DNA of 64,000 bases. It comes from Clostridia bacterium. Its GTDB lineage: Bacteria > Bacillota > Clostridia > Christensenellales > UBA1242. The stretch's first letter is position 1. Each line of letters opens with the position of its first letter. Positions 1-9,508 of this stretch are shown here, one piece after another. A program made the position numbers and the translations under genes. The notes beneath the pieces are model-generated. The model saw only the letters and a program-made list of their open reading frames with translations, was not told the origin of the DNA and made no database searches. The stretch is from contig CAAGDD010000003.1 of assembly GCA_900768545.1 (NCBI GenBank), forward strand, positions 82,097-146,096, read 5' to 3'.

Positions 1-621
1 ATAATGGCACAATATTTAAAAATAAAATTTATTCCCGCAGAAAATGTTTTATTTTTTGAAAAAAATCAAATAAATGAGCGAAAAACTCAAAAAAAACTTA
101 ATTTTTTGTTAAAAAAACACAAAAAAATTGCAATTTGTGGATTTTATGGAATAAATGAAGAAAATAAAATCACTTTGTTTTCGCGCGGCGGCGGAGATGT
201 TTCAGGGGCTTATTTTGCAAAATTTTCAAAATCAAATGTTTACGAAAACTGGACAGATGTAAATGGAATTTTTCAAGTCAATCCAAAGTATTTTGAATCA
301 AACACCATTTCAAAAATGTGTTATCACGATTTAAAGATCATTTCATCTCACGACGGAAAAGTCGTTCATCAAGACTGCGCTGACATTTTGAAAAACACAA
401 ACATCACCCTGTGCGTGCGAAACATTTTTTCGCTGTCGGCAAAAAAAACTTTGATAAGTGACAATTTCAAATCTTCTTGCGGCTATGTCACTTGCAAACA
501 AAATGGCAAAAATTTTGAAATTTTAACAAAACACCAAAACGGCGAGATTGAGATATTTTTTGCAAAACCAAATTATCTTTTGCCACTTTTAAAATCACAA
601 TATGAAAAAATAAAAGACTGA
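1..621 (+). CDS. aspartate kinase-like amino-acid kinase, C-terminal part (5' end outside window)
   Basis: Frame is open from nt 1. FSRGGGDVSGAYFA and ENWTDVNGIFQVNPK resemble the aspartokinase GRGGSD and IWTDVDG..ADPR signatures. Only a short ACT-like tail follows. Confidence 0.6.
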   Translation: MMAQYLKIKFIPAENVLFFEKNQINERKTQKKLNFLLKKHKKIAICGFYGINEENKITLFSRGGGDVSGAYFAKFSKSNVYENWTDVNGIFQVNPKYFESNTISKMCYHDLKIISSHDGKVVHQDCADILKNTNITLCVRNIFSLSAKKTLISDNFKSSCGYVTCKQNGKNFEILTKHQNGEIEIFFAKPNYLLPLLKSQYEKIKD

Positions 622-637
622 AATTCAGTCTTTTTAT
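612..637. terminator. bidirectional rho-independent terminator between convergent genes
   Basis: AGACTG-loop-CAGTCT hairpin flanked by an A-run and a T-run. Confidence 0.5.
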
Positions 638-645
638 TTTCTTTC

Positions 646-1203
646 TTAATTTGTGTCAAACACTTTTAAAACTTTGGCTTTTCCAACAAACAAAAGTTCT
701 CTTTCGACAATCGGCATTTTGTTTTTCCAATAATTTTCTGCAATATTTTCTTTGTCAAAAACAGACAATGTGTTTCGAAGCATCAAATTGCCGTCAGCTT
801 CAAAAATCTGTCCGTCGGCTTCAAGTTCGACAATTTTCACGCTGCCAGATTTGTTCATTCTTTTTAAAATTGGAACCCACTTTTGTGCTTGCTGAAAAGT
901 TTTGCAACAAAACAAGCATTTCAGCCGTGACGGCAAATCGGGGCAATTTTTCAAACGATAATTTTCCAGCACCAGCTCTCGCACAATCGCACAACTTTCA
1001 TAGACATAATTTTTTAGCATATTCTTTTCGGCAGCGCTTAAATCTTCGATCGTTTTTGTTAACAAAATTTCATTTATATCTTTTTCTTCGACAGAAAAAT
1101 CTTTTCCAAAAAGTCGTTGAGCAAAAAAGTTGTAGCCGCTTCCCGCTTCGATTTTGTCACCTTCGTGCACATCACGATTTCTAACAACATGATAGATTTT
1201 CAT
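646..1203 (-). CDS. hypothetical protein (185 aa)
   Basis: Intact ORF; ATG preceded by AAGGAA. No family recognised. Confidence 0.5.
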   Translation of the reverse strand: MKIYHVVRNRDVHEGDKIEAGSGYNFFAQRLFGKDFSVEEKDINEILLTKTIEDLSAAEKNMLKNYVYESCAIVRELVLENYRLKNCPDLPSRLKCLFCCKTFQQAQKWVPILKRMNKSGSVKIVELEADGQIFEADGNLMLRNTLSVFDKENIAENYWKNKMPIVERELLFVGKAKVLKVFDTN

Positions 1204-1217
1204 TTTATTCCTTTGTT

Positions 1218-2543
1218 TTAATATTTATAGCACAAAACATAAACTTTGCTTTCGCTACAAACAAAACCTGTTTGCCCTTCTTCTGGCTTCACGCCGTCAA
1301 TCGAAAGGATTGTTGCGTGGTCAAGATTTGTCTCAAAGTCATAAGTTTGACCAAGTTTTACAACGCGAATAGTATAGACAGAAATTCTTTCATAGTCAAC
1401 TTCTGTTTCAACAACCAACGCTGAATCTTCTGGCACGATCAACTTGATATAAAGTTGAATGCCGTCATCTTCAAGAATTTGATTTTCAAACACTTGAGTC
1501 ATAGCTTCGTCTGTATAAATTTCATAAACTACATTGCTTTGAATTGCAGGTTTAACAAATTCACGCGTTTTCAAAAAGTCTTTAAGACTTTCATTTGTGA
1601 TGTTTTTGCCAAGATCAGTTTCAAGAACGTCTACCATTTCAACCCCATTCAATTTAAAAGTAACATAACCATAAAGGTCGTCCGTAGTTGTGTCCGAATA
1701 CATTGAAATACTGTCATAATAACTGTCATCAAATGTGTAAAAATATGTCACTGTATCTTCAGTCTTTACAACACTATCTTTTTTGTTTTGAAACTTGTGA
1801 TTGTTTTGAGTTGTGCTAACAATTGATACAAGTTGAGTTTCGTTCGTTGTGATTGTTGTCTTTTCATAAGTTTGAGTGTAGAGATAAGTTTCATCATCGT
1901 CAAAATCGTTATATTTTGTTTTTGTTGTCGATTCGATAATAAGAGAAACTTCTCCGTTTTTGCTTCGACTTGTTGAAAAACTATAAGACAACACTTCGGT
2001 CGTTGTGTCTGTTGTCAAAACATTTATAATTGCTTCTTTGAATTCTTCAAAGGTTAAACCTTTGCCATATCCCATTTTTAAAAATACGGTCGAAGGTTGA
2101 TATTGCGCCTGCCACTTGCCATAGTTTGCATTGACATATTTTCCTTCGTTTTTACTAGATAACATATCGCGTTCAATATATTTTGTTTTTGTAACACCCT
2201 CATCGTCCACAAGTTTTACAATTTTAAGATAATTTGAAACATCTTTCAATCCGTTGTTTTCATTGACTTGCGATTCTTGTATTATGTGAAAATATTTTCT
2301 GCCATGCAACGCTTCAGTCTCAGTCGTTTTCCCAACAAATTTTTTGCCGTCTTCATATTTTTTGCTTTCAAAAATAACTGTATATGGGGCGTTTTCGGAA
2401 TAATTGTTACAATTTTCTCTTGCCGCCGCCCAAATTTTAAAGTTGTCTTCATCGCTGTAATTTGCTCCGCACGCGCAAAGTCCAAACGAGAACGCCACAA
2501 CGAGCAAAAGCACAAAACTTGTTATCAAACTTTTCTTTTTCAT
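1218..2543 (-). CDS. lipoprotein, function unknown
   Basis: Start moved to ATG 2543 (GGAGG 7 nt upstream). N-terminus MKKKSLITSFVLLLVVAFSFGLCAC is a signal peptide with a lipobox Cys. Confidence 0.7.
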   Translation of the reverse strand: MKKKSLITSFVLLLVVAFSFGLCACGANYSDEDNFKIWAAARENCNNYSENAPYTVIFESKKYEDGKKFVGKTTETEALHGRKYFHIIQESQVNENNGLKDVSNYLKIVKLVDDEGVTKTKYIERDMLSSKNEGKYVNANYGKWQAQYQPSTVFLKMGYGKGLTFEEFKEAIINVLTTDTTTEVLSYSFSTSRSKNGEVSLIIESTTKTKYNDFDDDETYLYTQTYEKTTITTNETQLVSIVSTTQNNHKFQNKKDSVVKTEDTVTYFYTFDDSYYDSISMYSDTTTDDLYGYVTFKLNGVEMVDVLETDLGKNITNESLKDFLKTREFVKPAIQSNVVYEIYTDEAMTQVFENQILEDDGIQLYIKLIVPEDSALVVETEVDYERISVYTIRVVKLGQTYDFETNLDHATILSIDGVKPEEGQTGFVCSESKVYVLCYKY

Positions 2544-2816
2544 AAAACCTCCATTTTTTATATGCAAACTTGCATTTTGTTGTGCCAAGCACAACTACTA
2601 TTATTATCATAACATACTTTGCCAATTTTTCAAAACATAATTTCAAAAATAGAATTGGTCAAAAATCGCACCCGAAAATCTTTGAAAACTTTTTGTTTTG
2701 TAAAATATCTTTACAACAACCACCTACAAAGTTTTGATCAAGACTTTTAATAAATTTGACTAACATAAGCCAAATTTTGTATAATTTGTTTAAGAAAAGT
2801 TTTAAAGGGAAGAAAG

Positions 2817-3449
2817 ATGAAAGAATACAAAAATGTCGTTTTTAGACGTCCAAAAGATGCTGGGATAGCGCCCGTTTGGGACAAAAATTGCAAAGTTTTA
2901 ATGCTCGGCTCTATCACCGCAACTGACGGAATGAACAAAGGTTTTTATTATGCAAGCAACAAAAATCAGTTGTGGCAACTTTTGGATATTGTATTAAACA
3001 CAAACTGCTTTTCGGCGTTGAAAGAAAAACTCAAAACAAACTTCGAAGACTTTAAAACAAACAAAATTTCGCAAGCAGAATTTGAACAAAACAGAGAGCA
3101 AATTAGAAGTCAATTTTCTGTCGAACTTTTAAAAAGAAAAATTGCAATTTGTGATGTGTTTTGTGAATGTTATTTCAACAACAATTCGTCAATGGACATT
3201 GATATAATTTTAAACAACAAAGATTTTCCATTTAAGACCAGCAAAGAAATTTTGCAAAACATAATTGACAATTCACAAATAAAAACTATCGTCGTAAACA
3301 GTAAGTTTGTCGAGTCACAACTTCGAAAAATGAAACTTTCTGGCGATTTTGAAGTCAAATATGTTATCAGTCCGTCACCAAGACGCGGCTCGATTGACAA
3401 AAAAATTGAAAATTGGAAACAAGTTTTCTCATTGTTGAAAGACATATAA
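2817..3449 (+). CDS. UDG-superfamily DNA glycosylase, DNA-deoxyinosine glycosylase-like
   Basis: VLMLGSITA...GFYYASNKNQLWQLL resembles the LILGSFPS...GFYYGHPxNxFW motif of the hypoxanthine-DNA glycosylase family, recalled from memory. Confidence 0.5.
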   Translation: MKEYKNVVFRRPKDAGIAPVWDKNCKVLMLGSITATDGMNKGFYYASNKNQLWQLLDIVLNTNCFSALKEKLKTNFEDFKTNKISQAEFEQNREQIRSQFSVELLKRKIAICDVFCECYFNNNSSMDIDIILNNKDFPFKTSKEILQNIIDNSQIKTIVVNSKFVESQLRKMKLSGDFEVKYVISPSPRRGSIDKKIENWKQVFSLLKDI

Positions 3450-3481
3450 AAAACACCCTGCAAAAGCAAGGTGTTTATTTT

Positions 3482-4036
3482 TTACAAACTTTTTTCGTTT
3501 GAACCATCTTTCCAAATTTCGCCGTTTACAAAAGATGTCAAAGCCATTGTGAACGCTTGGGTATTTAAATCAACTCGAGTGATTTGATCGTGTGTCAAAA
3601 GTCCAATGCCACCAGCTCCGCTTCGAAGGTCTGTTTCGTGAAAAATCTTGTCCATAACTGGTGCGAGTGAACTTGAAATAACTGTTTCAACATATTTCTT
3701 TGGCACTGGAAAACTTGCACTTGTTCCAACGCTTTCATAGCCATTCTTGTCTTTGATAACCGCAATGTTTGTGATAGCCCAAAAGCCCAAATCGTTTACA
3801 ATTCCAGATTCGACAGCCATATAAAAATCTGCGTCAATGTTGTTTTCTTTGGCATATTTGACCAAATTGTCAACACGATTTTTTGCACCGATATAGGTTT
3901 CTTTCCCCACTGGCTGCTCGCTAACGCCCGAACTTGCCGAAACGCTGATGATTTCAACATCATCAAAATACTTTTCTAATGCGTCTTTTGCCCCTTTAAT
4001 TTTTCCCGGATTTTTTGTTCCAATCAATACTTTCAT
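3482..4036 (-). CDS. inosine/xanthosine triphosphatase family protein (DUF84/YjjX-like)
   Basis: Start moved to ATG 4036 (AAGGAGAA upstream). MKVLIGTKNPGKIKGAKDAL...SGVSEQPVG is typical of the DUF84 NTPase family. Confidence 0.65.
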   Translation of the reverse strand: MKVLIGTKNPGKIKGAKDALEKYFDDVEIISVSASSGVSEQPVGKETYIGAKNRVDNLVKYAKENNIDADFYMAVESGIVNDLGFWAITNIAVIKDKNGYESVGTSASFPVPKKYVETVISSSLAPVMDKIFHETDLRSGAGGIGLLTHDQITRVDLNTQAFTMALTSFVNGEIWKDGSNEKSL

Positions 4037-4284
4037 ACTTTTCTCCTTTATTTTAGGTCGTAAAAAAAATCTTCCACAGAATAACAATAAACCGACCAAT
4101 AAATTTTCTTTATTGTTTGCTTTATTGCCATTCATAAGAAGATTCAAATTGAATTTCCCACTTAATATAAATCCGGAATGGTCAAAAGGGATTATATGTT
4201 TATATTATATCATCAAAGTAAGTTTTTGTCAAGTCTAAACAAGAAAATTAATACAACTTCTTATAAAAGCAAAACAAAAAAATG

Positions 4285-4818
4285 CTATTTTGATAGCATT
4301 TTGTATTTGATAGAAATCGCGCATTTTACAGAATCAACAAATTCGTCGGTGCGAGTGTAAACGCCATTTGTAAGCATTCCATTTGTGCCGAGCAAACTGA
4401 TTTTTTCATCTGTGCTGCCTGTGTAATCAGCCACAACTTTTGACAATCTTTCATCTTTTGAAACATTTTTCATTATCTCGTCTGGGACTTTAACTTTCGC
4501 ACTGCAACCTGTGCAATATTCGTCAGTTTTTTTGTCATAAACCATCGTCCAGCCACAAAGATAAGTGCCATAAGAACATTCAGTCAAAATACCTTCCATT
4601 GAAATGTAAATGTCAGCTTCTTCGACTTGTCGTCTTGCGTCCAAAATTCGATTTTTACAACCTGTCAAACCTTCTTCGTCGCCGATTGGAGTTTCAGACA
4701 CTCCCGAGTTTGTTTCAAGCGGCACAATTTCATATTCGCTAAAAAACTTTGACACAACTTCTTCAACCGCTTTGTTTTTTGATTTATTTTTCGAACACAC
4801 AACAATTTTCTTCTTCAT
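4285..4818 (-). CDS. second DUF84/YjjX-like NTPase paralog
   Basis: Start at ATG 4818 (AAGGAG 5 nt upstream). KKIVVCSKNKSKNKAVEE...SGVSETPIGDEEGLTGCKNR parallels the neighbouring paralog. Confidence 0.6.
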   Translation of the reverse strand: MKKKIVVCSKNKSKNKAVEEVVSKFFSEYEIVPLETNSGVSETPIGDEEGLTGCKNRILDARRQVEEADIYISMEGILTECSYGTYLCGWTMVYDKKTDEYCTGCSAKVKVPDEIMKNVSKDERLSKVVADYTGSTDEKISLLGTNGMLTNGVYTRTDEFVDSVKCAISIKYKMLSK

Positions 4819-4960
4819 ATTCACTCCTTGGCAGGATTATAACAGATCTTCATTTTCAAGTCAATCCTAAAATAAACTTTGCCCAGCGAAAATATTATTG
4901 TATATCAACATCATACATAAACAAACATCATTGAGTTCCAAATTAAATTTTATCGAAACA

Positions 4961-4997
4961 AAAAAAAGAAAAGTTTAATCGACTTTTCTTTTTTTTG
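4961..4997. terminator. bidirectional terminator downstream of tRNA-Arg
   Basis: AGAAAAGT-loop-ACTTTTCT hairpin between an A-run and a T-run. Confidence 0.6.
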
Positions 4998-5003
4998 TTT
5001 GCT

Positions 5004-5078
5004 TGGTGCACCCACCAAGACTCGAACTCGGGATAATCGTTCCGAAGACGATTGTGATATCCACTTCACTATGGGTGC
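5004..5078 (-). tRNA. tRNA-Arg (anticodon UCG), CCA encoded
   Basis: Manual cloverleaf: acceptor GCACCCA/TGGGTGC, D stem GTGA/TCAC, anticodon stem ATCGT/ACGAT with loop CTTCGGA, T loop TTCGAGT; 75 nt. Confidence 0.9.
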
Positions 5079-5378
5079 ATAAGTATTGCACACATAGTGA
5101 AGTATATCTCATACCAGCTATGGGTGCATGTTAATTTTGTCAAGTTCTGCCAAAAAAAATAATTTATTTTTGTTAGGCGAAAAATTTTTATCGTTTCAAA
5201 CACTAATGCTGACACGATTTTCAGCAATATTATAGAACTAAAATTTGAAAATGTCAAAATCTATTTCATTTTTTATGCCCAATTTGCAAGTTTTGCTTGC
5301 AATTTTTGTTATTTATGTTTAAAATAATAATAAATATATTTAGTTTTGACAAAAACTAAATTTTTATGGGAGAAAACT

Positions 5379-7391
5379 ATGTCAAAAAAATTAAAACCTT
5401 TGATTATTTGGGTGCTCGTTTTTGCGGCTATCGGTTATGCTGGAGGTGCAGTGTTGCACTATTTCACACAACATCCAGCAAGTTTTGTTGACTCTTTGAT
5501 TGTTGACTATGCTTACATCGGTGCGGGAATTGGTGCAGCCATTGGATTTTTGTTTAGTTTCGCTGGAAAGAAAGAAAAGAAAGACGAAAAGAAGCCAGCC
5601 ACAACTGGAAAGACCGCTGACGGCGAAGAAATGGATTTGGCGACAAACGCACACTGGTATAATTTGAAAAACTTGAAGACCGATCTTGTTTCAGGAAAAA
5701 TCATTTCAACAACTTGGAACGAACTTCCACAACTTCAAACTTCTGGCGTTGTGTTTAGAAATCAAATCGAAGACGGAAAATACAAAATTGGAATGAAAGA
5801 CGAATATCACTGTTTGGTTATCGGGACAACCGCTTCCGGAAAAACAAGTGCTTGTCTTGTTCCTACAATCCGCATTCTTGGACACACCGGCGAAAAACCA
5901 AATATGGTTATCACCGATCCAAAGGGAGAACTTTTTGTTCAAACAAGCAAGATTATGGAAGATGAAGGTTATCGTGTCGTAACGCTCAATCTTCGTGACG
6001 CGTTTTCATCTACTCGCTGGAATCCACTTGACCACGCTTATGAAGTTTATCACAAAGGCAAAAACTGCAAAAACAACATTCAAAAATACACAGGAAAGTC
6101 AAAACCTTCTCAAATGGGTTACAAAGAAATCCCTGGTGAAGAATATGGCGAAGAATGGTATATTTTTGAAGGTGTGGCTTATCCTACAATCGAAAAATTG
6201 AAGATCGCAGTAAATAGTGCTGAACAAATTTATTGTGATGCTGCACAAAACGAACTTCGCGAAATTTGCAACACCATTGCTCCAAAGTCACAAGCACAAG
6301 ACCCAACATGGGAAGAAGGCGCGCAAGACTATCTTTATGGCTGCGCACTTGCAATGCTTGAAGACAGTTTGAATCCAGAACTTGGAATGACCAAAGAAAA
6401 ATTCAACTTCTTCAACTTGTATCGTATCGCCACCTATCGTGACCCAGATGCTGACGCTCCATTTGAGACAATCAGAAGATATTTGCTTCAAGGACGAGAT
6501 GCCGCAACATCTGTTGTCCCAAACTTGACTTCGGCGGTAATTAACAACGCTCCAAACACAACCAAATCATACATCGGGGTTTTGAACGGCAAAATCTCAT
6601 TTATGAACGACAAAGGTATCGCTTATCTTACATCTCAAAGCGACATTGATTTTGGAACATTTACAGACAAGCCAACAGTTTTCTATCTTATTATTCCAGA
6701 TGATCGTGAAGAGCGTCACAACTTGGCAATTTTGTGCATTTCTCAACTTTACAAGCGTCTTGTTGACAAAGCAAATTCTGTCGGCGGAAAGCTTAAAAAA
6801 CACACTTACTTCATTTTGGAAGAATTTGGTAATATGCCAAAGATTCCAAAGTTTGCCGAAATGATCACAGTTTCGCGTGGAAGAAACATTTTGTATGAAA
6901 TGGCTGTTCAATCTTACACCCAGCTTGAAACAAAATATGGTGACAAAGATTCGAAAACAATTATCGCAAACTGCAATGCTCAAATCTATCTTGGAACAGA
7001 CGACCAAGCAACACTTGATGCATTTTCGAAAAAGTGCGGCGAAGTTCAACTTGTTTATCAAGAAACAAACACAAGCACTTCGAAAAACGACAACGGCAAA
7101 GACGGAAAGAGCACAACAGACAGCAAGAGCGTTCAAAGAACAACTCGCCCACTTATTTCGGCTTATCAACTTGGTCAAATTGAAAGAAATGAAGCTATCG
7201 TAAAATTGTTTAGATTTGACCCTATGAAGATTAAACAAACGCCAAACTATCAAACACCTTTCTTCTATAAGAAAGACGCAGACATCAACACTATTTCAAC
7301 AAACAGTTTTGATGAAGTCGGGGTCTATTATGATATCAAACTTCGAAATCAAAAAATTTTGAAATCTTCAAGATTTAGCGATGACTTTTAA
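5379..7391 (+). CDS. type IV secretion coupling protein (VirD4/TraG/TraD family ATPase), orphan
   Basis: Start at ATG 5379 (GGGAGA upstream). Two N-terminal TM helices, Walker A VIGTTASGKTS, DPKGE, RWNPL, and Walker-B-like YFILEEFGNMPKIP. Confidence 0.75.
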   Translation: MSKKLKPLIIWVLVFAAIGYAGGAVLHYFTQHPASFVDSLIVDYAYIGAGIGAAIGFLFSFAGKKEKKDEKKPATTGKTADGEEMDLATNAHWYNLKNLKTDLVSGKIISTTWNELPQLQTSGVVFRNQIEDGKYKIGMKDEYHCLVIGTTASGKTSACLVPTIRILGHTGEKPNMVITDPKGELFVQTSKIMEDEGYRVVTLNLRDAFSSTRWNPLDHAYEVYHKGKNCKNNIQKYTGKSKPSQMGYKEIPGEEYGEEWYIFEGVAYPTIEKLKIAVNSAEQIYCDAAQNELREICNTIAPKSQAQDPTWEEGAQDYLYGCALAMLEDSLNPELGMTKEKFNFFNLYRIATYRDPDADAPFETIRRYLLQGRDAATSVVPNLTSAVINNAPNTTKSYIGVLNGKISFMNDKGIAYLTSQSDIDFGTFTDKPTVFYLIIPDDREERHNLAILCISQLYKRLVDKANSVGGKLKKHTYFILEEFGNMPKIPKFAEMITVSRGRNILYEMAVQSYTQLETKYGDKDSKTIIANCNAQIYLGTDDQATLDAFSKKCGEVQLVYQETNTSTSKNDNGKDGKSTTDSKSVQRTTRPLISAYQLGQIERNEAIVKLFRFDPMKIKQTPNYQTPFFYKKDADINTISTNSFDEVGVYYDIKLRNQKILKSSRFSDDF

Positions 7392-7404
7392 TAAAAATAA
7401 AAAG

Positions 7405-7434
7405 CATTAAACAAAATCTGTTTAATGTTTTTTT
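7405..7434 (+). terminator. rho-independent terminator of the coupling-protein gene
   Basis: CATTAAACA-AAATC-TGTTTAATG followed by T7. Confidence 0.7.
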
Positions 7435-7469
7435 ATCACACATATTTTAGTTTTGTCATAAAAGATGAT

Positions 7470-7931
7470 ATGGAACAAGAATATAACGACAGCCTTATGC
7501 CAAGCGATTTTGAGCAAATGGCAAAGGCATATTCAAAACATTTGAAAGACAAAGGCTTTGTTTTTGTGCGACTGGAAGAAGAAGAGTTTAATCTTTTGCT
7601 TGCAGAAATTTTTGTTTTGCTTTCAAAAATCGAAGCGTGCTTGAAACGCCTTGAAAACCAACTTGAAGCCGAGCGCTTGAAAACAAGTGTTTGCAACGCG
7701 AAAAAAATGTTGCAAGAGCGTTTTGGGACAAAAAAACAACACTCTTTTGAATGTGTTGAAAATGAAAACAATGCGTTTTTAAGTTTGGTTGCTATCGAAA
7801 ATATGCTTGTGATGAAACTTATGATTTTGTCAGTAAAAAGCGGCGAGATAGAACTTTGCAACGAGATCATCGCTTCGATTTGTTCTATCTTTGCCGAAAG
7901 CTTTTCGTGCGAAGGATTTGCCCTTTGTTGA
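7470..7931 (+). CDS. hypothetical acidic protein (153 aa)
   Basis: Track ORF start 7425 lies inside the upstream terminator, so the start is moved to in-frame ATG 7470 (MEQEYNDS...). No family recognised. Confidence 0.45.
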   Translation: MEQEYNDSLMPSDFEQMAKAYSKHLKDKGFVFVRLEEEEFNLLLAEIFVLLSKIEACLKRLENQLEAERLKTSVCNAKKMLQERFGTKKQHSFECVENENNAFLSLVAIENMLVMKLMILSVKSGEIELCNEIIASICSIFAESFSCEGFALC

Positions 7932-7948
7932 AAATTTGTATATAAGCT

Positions 7949-8113
7949 GGGGCGAAAGTTGCAGCTCTCTTGCGGGCTGCCTTTTTGTCCGCGCTAGTAA
8001 AGACTCTAAAAAAAACGCACAAAGCACACCCAAAATCCTCGACCGCTCGCACTATCTCGCGGACAAAAAAGAGCGTGAAAAACTGCCCGTTTTTCACGCA
8101 AACTTTCGCCCCT
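7949..8113. ncRNA. GC-rich nested inverted-repeat element (candidate structured RNA or DNA-level site; identity unknown)
   Basis: GGGGCGAAAGTTGC (7949-7962) pairs with GCAAACTTTCGCCCC (8099-8113). Inside are the hairpins GCAGC..GCTGC, GTCCGCG..CGCGGAC and GCGTGAAAAAC-TGCCC-GTTTTTCACGC. GC content is clearly above the surrounding DNA. Confidence 0.3.
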
Positions 8114-8222
8114 TCACTCACACTTTTCGTTCACATTTTTTAACAACTTCCTTCAAAACAATTCCCATATTTTAATAACATTAAAAATGTATATTTCATA
8201 GCAAGCCCTCACCCTTTCAAAT

Positions 8223-8256
8223 AAAAAAACGACAGTCAAACTGCCGTTTTGTTTTT
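8223..8256. terminator. bidirectional terminator
   Basis: ACGACAG-loop-CTGCCGT (one mismatch) with flanking A and T runs, just downstream of the minus-strand gene ending at 8281. Confidence 0.5.
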
Positions 8257-8280
8257 ATCCCCAAACCCACACCTTGTGTG

Positions 8281-8829
8281 TTAACTTTCCAAAAATTCGA
8301 CAACACGGTGGGCAGAGTTTTCCATCGCCTTTGTGAAAACTCTTGCTTTTTCTGGTGAATAAAGTGAGCTATTTCCGTCAATGTTTATCAAGTCTTTTGG
8401 ATTTAACGCCAATTCGTCAGCGGTCGCTTCGCAAATAAGATTGCTTATCTGCATAACTGCTCCGTCTTTGGTGATATTTCCTTTATACATCGCCGTGCGC
8501 AAAAGGTCAGTGTCATCGATGATTGCATACAAAATAGGTTTTACAAAAAATTCCAACTTTTCAAGAGCAAACTCGTTCCCGTTTGCCCCAGCCAAAATTT
8601 CCCAAGCCATATAATATTCATAATTTGGCTTCAAAACGTCCGGATAACCTTGATTGAAAAAGTATGCCACACAATCTTGTGCCACTGCATCACCACTCAA
8701 AGCGCGTGTGCAAAGTTCGATGAAAGCGTTTTCGAAATTTCCTTTTTCGCCTTCTTCGAGCATAATCTTTCTATATTCCACAAATCTGTTAAACGCAACA
8801 TCTCTGTTTACAAAATCTTTATAATCCAT
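8281..8829 (-). CDS. hypothetical protein, possibly Sel1/TPR-like repeats
   Basis: Start moved to ATG 8829 (GGGAGA upstream). GDAVAQDCVAYFFNQG and YYMAWEILAGANGNEFA loosely resemble Sel1 repeats. Confidence 0.45.
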   Translation of the reverse strand: MDYKDFVNRDVAFNRFVEYRKIMLEEGEKGNFENAFIELCTRALSGDAVAQDCVAYFFNQGYPDVLKPNYEYYMAWEILAGANGNEFALEKLEFFVKPILYAIIDDTDLLRTAMYKGNITKDGAVMQISNLICEATADELALNPKDLINIDGNSSLYSPEKARVFTKAMENSAHRVVEFLES

Positions 8830-8920
8830 ATTCTCCCGCCTTAACATCTATATTATATTAGAATTTTAAAAAAAACACAAACAATTATTTCTAATTTTAA
8901 GTTTTCTCAAACAAACGCTT

Positions 8921-9508
8921 TTATTTATGTTTTATATACATATTTTCGTTGAGTAAAATATTGAAATAATCAAGCAATTCTTCTTTCGAACAGGGGTCTT
9001 TTGACAAAAGCCAGTTTACGCCCATATTTGTCACTCCGCCCGCGATAAAATCGGTCAAAACATTGATAGGAACAGCATATTCATCGCTATATTTATTTTT
9101 TCCGGTCAAATAAAGAACGCTGCGCTTGATTGTTGTCAAAATCAATTCGTTTGCCTTTTCAAGACTGTTTTTGTTTAAAATCAACAAAAGTTTAGTTCTG
9201 TTTTCTGTGACATAATCCAAAACGGACTTGATCAAAGTCATATACATTTCTTTTGGCGACGCATAAGTTTCTTTTTCGATTGTAAGAGAGAAAAGTTCTT
9301 CTTTTATCGAGTCGATTGTATATTCAAGCAAATCTTCTTTGCTCTCAAAATGATTGTAAAAGGTCGCGCGGTGCACCATTGCCTTTTTACAAATGTCAAT
9401 CACACTGATTTTTTCATAAGGTGTGGTTTCAAGCAAATCAAATAGTGCCGTTGACAACAATTTTCGTGTGCGAACAACTCTCAAATCTTCTGTAAAATTT
9501 TCTTCCAT
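8921..9508 (-). CDS. TetR/AcrR family transcriptional regulator
   Basis: Start at ATG 9508 (GGAGAGG upstream). N-terminal HTH: RTRKLLSTALFDLLETTPYEKISVIDICKKAMVHRATFYNHFESKEDLL. Confidence 0.8.
   Translation of the reverse strand: MEENFTEDLRVVRTRKLLSTALFDLLETTPYEKISVIDICKKAMVHRATFYNHFESKEDLLEYTIDSIKEELFSLTIEKETYASPKEMYMTLIKSVLDYVTENRTKLLLILNKNSLEKANELILTTIKRSVLYLTGKNKYSDEYAVPINVLTDFIAGGVTNMGVNWLLSKDPCSKEELLDYFNILLNENMYIKHK

Noticed and set aside
7885-8175. The 78-aa (minus) and 94-aa (plus) ORFs overlapping the GC-rich element.
   Set aside because: Neither has an RBS. Both have alternative starts and odd composition. The region is better explained by nested helices (candidate RNA or DNA structure).
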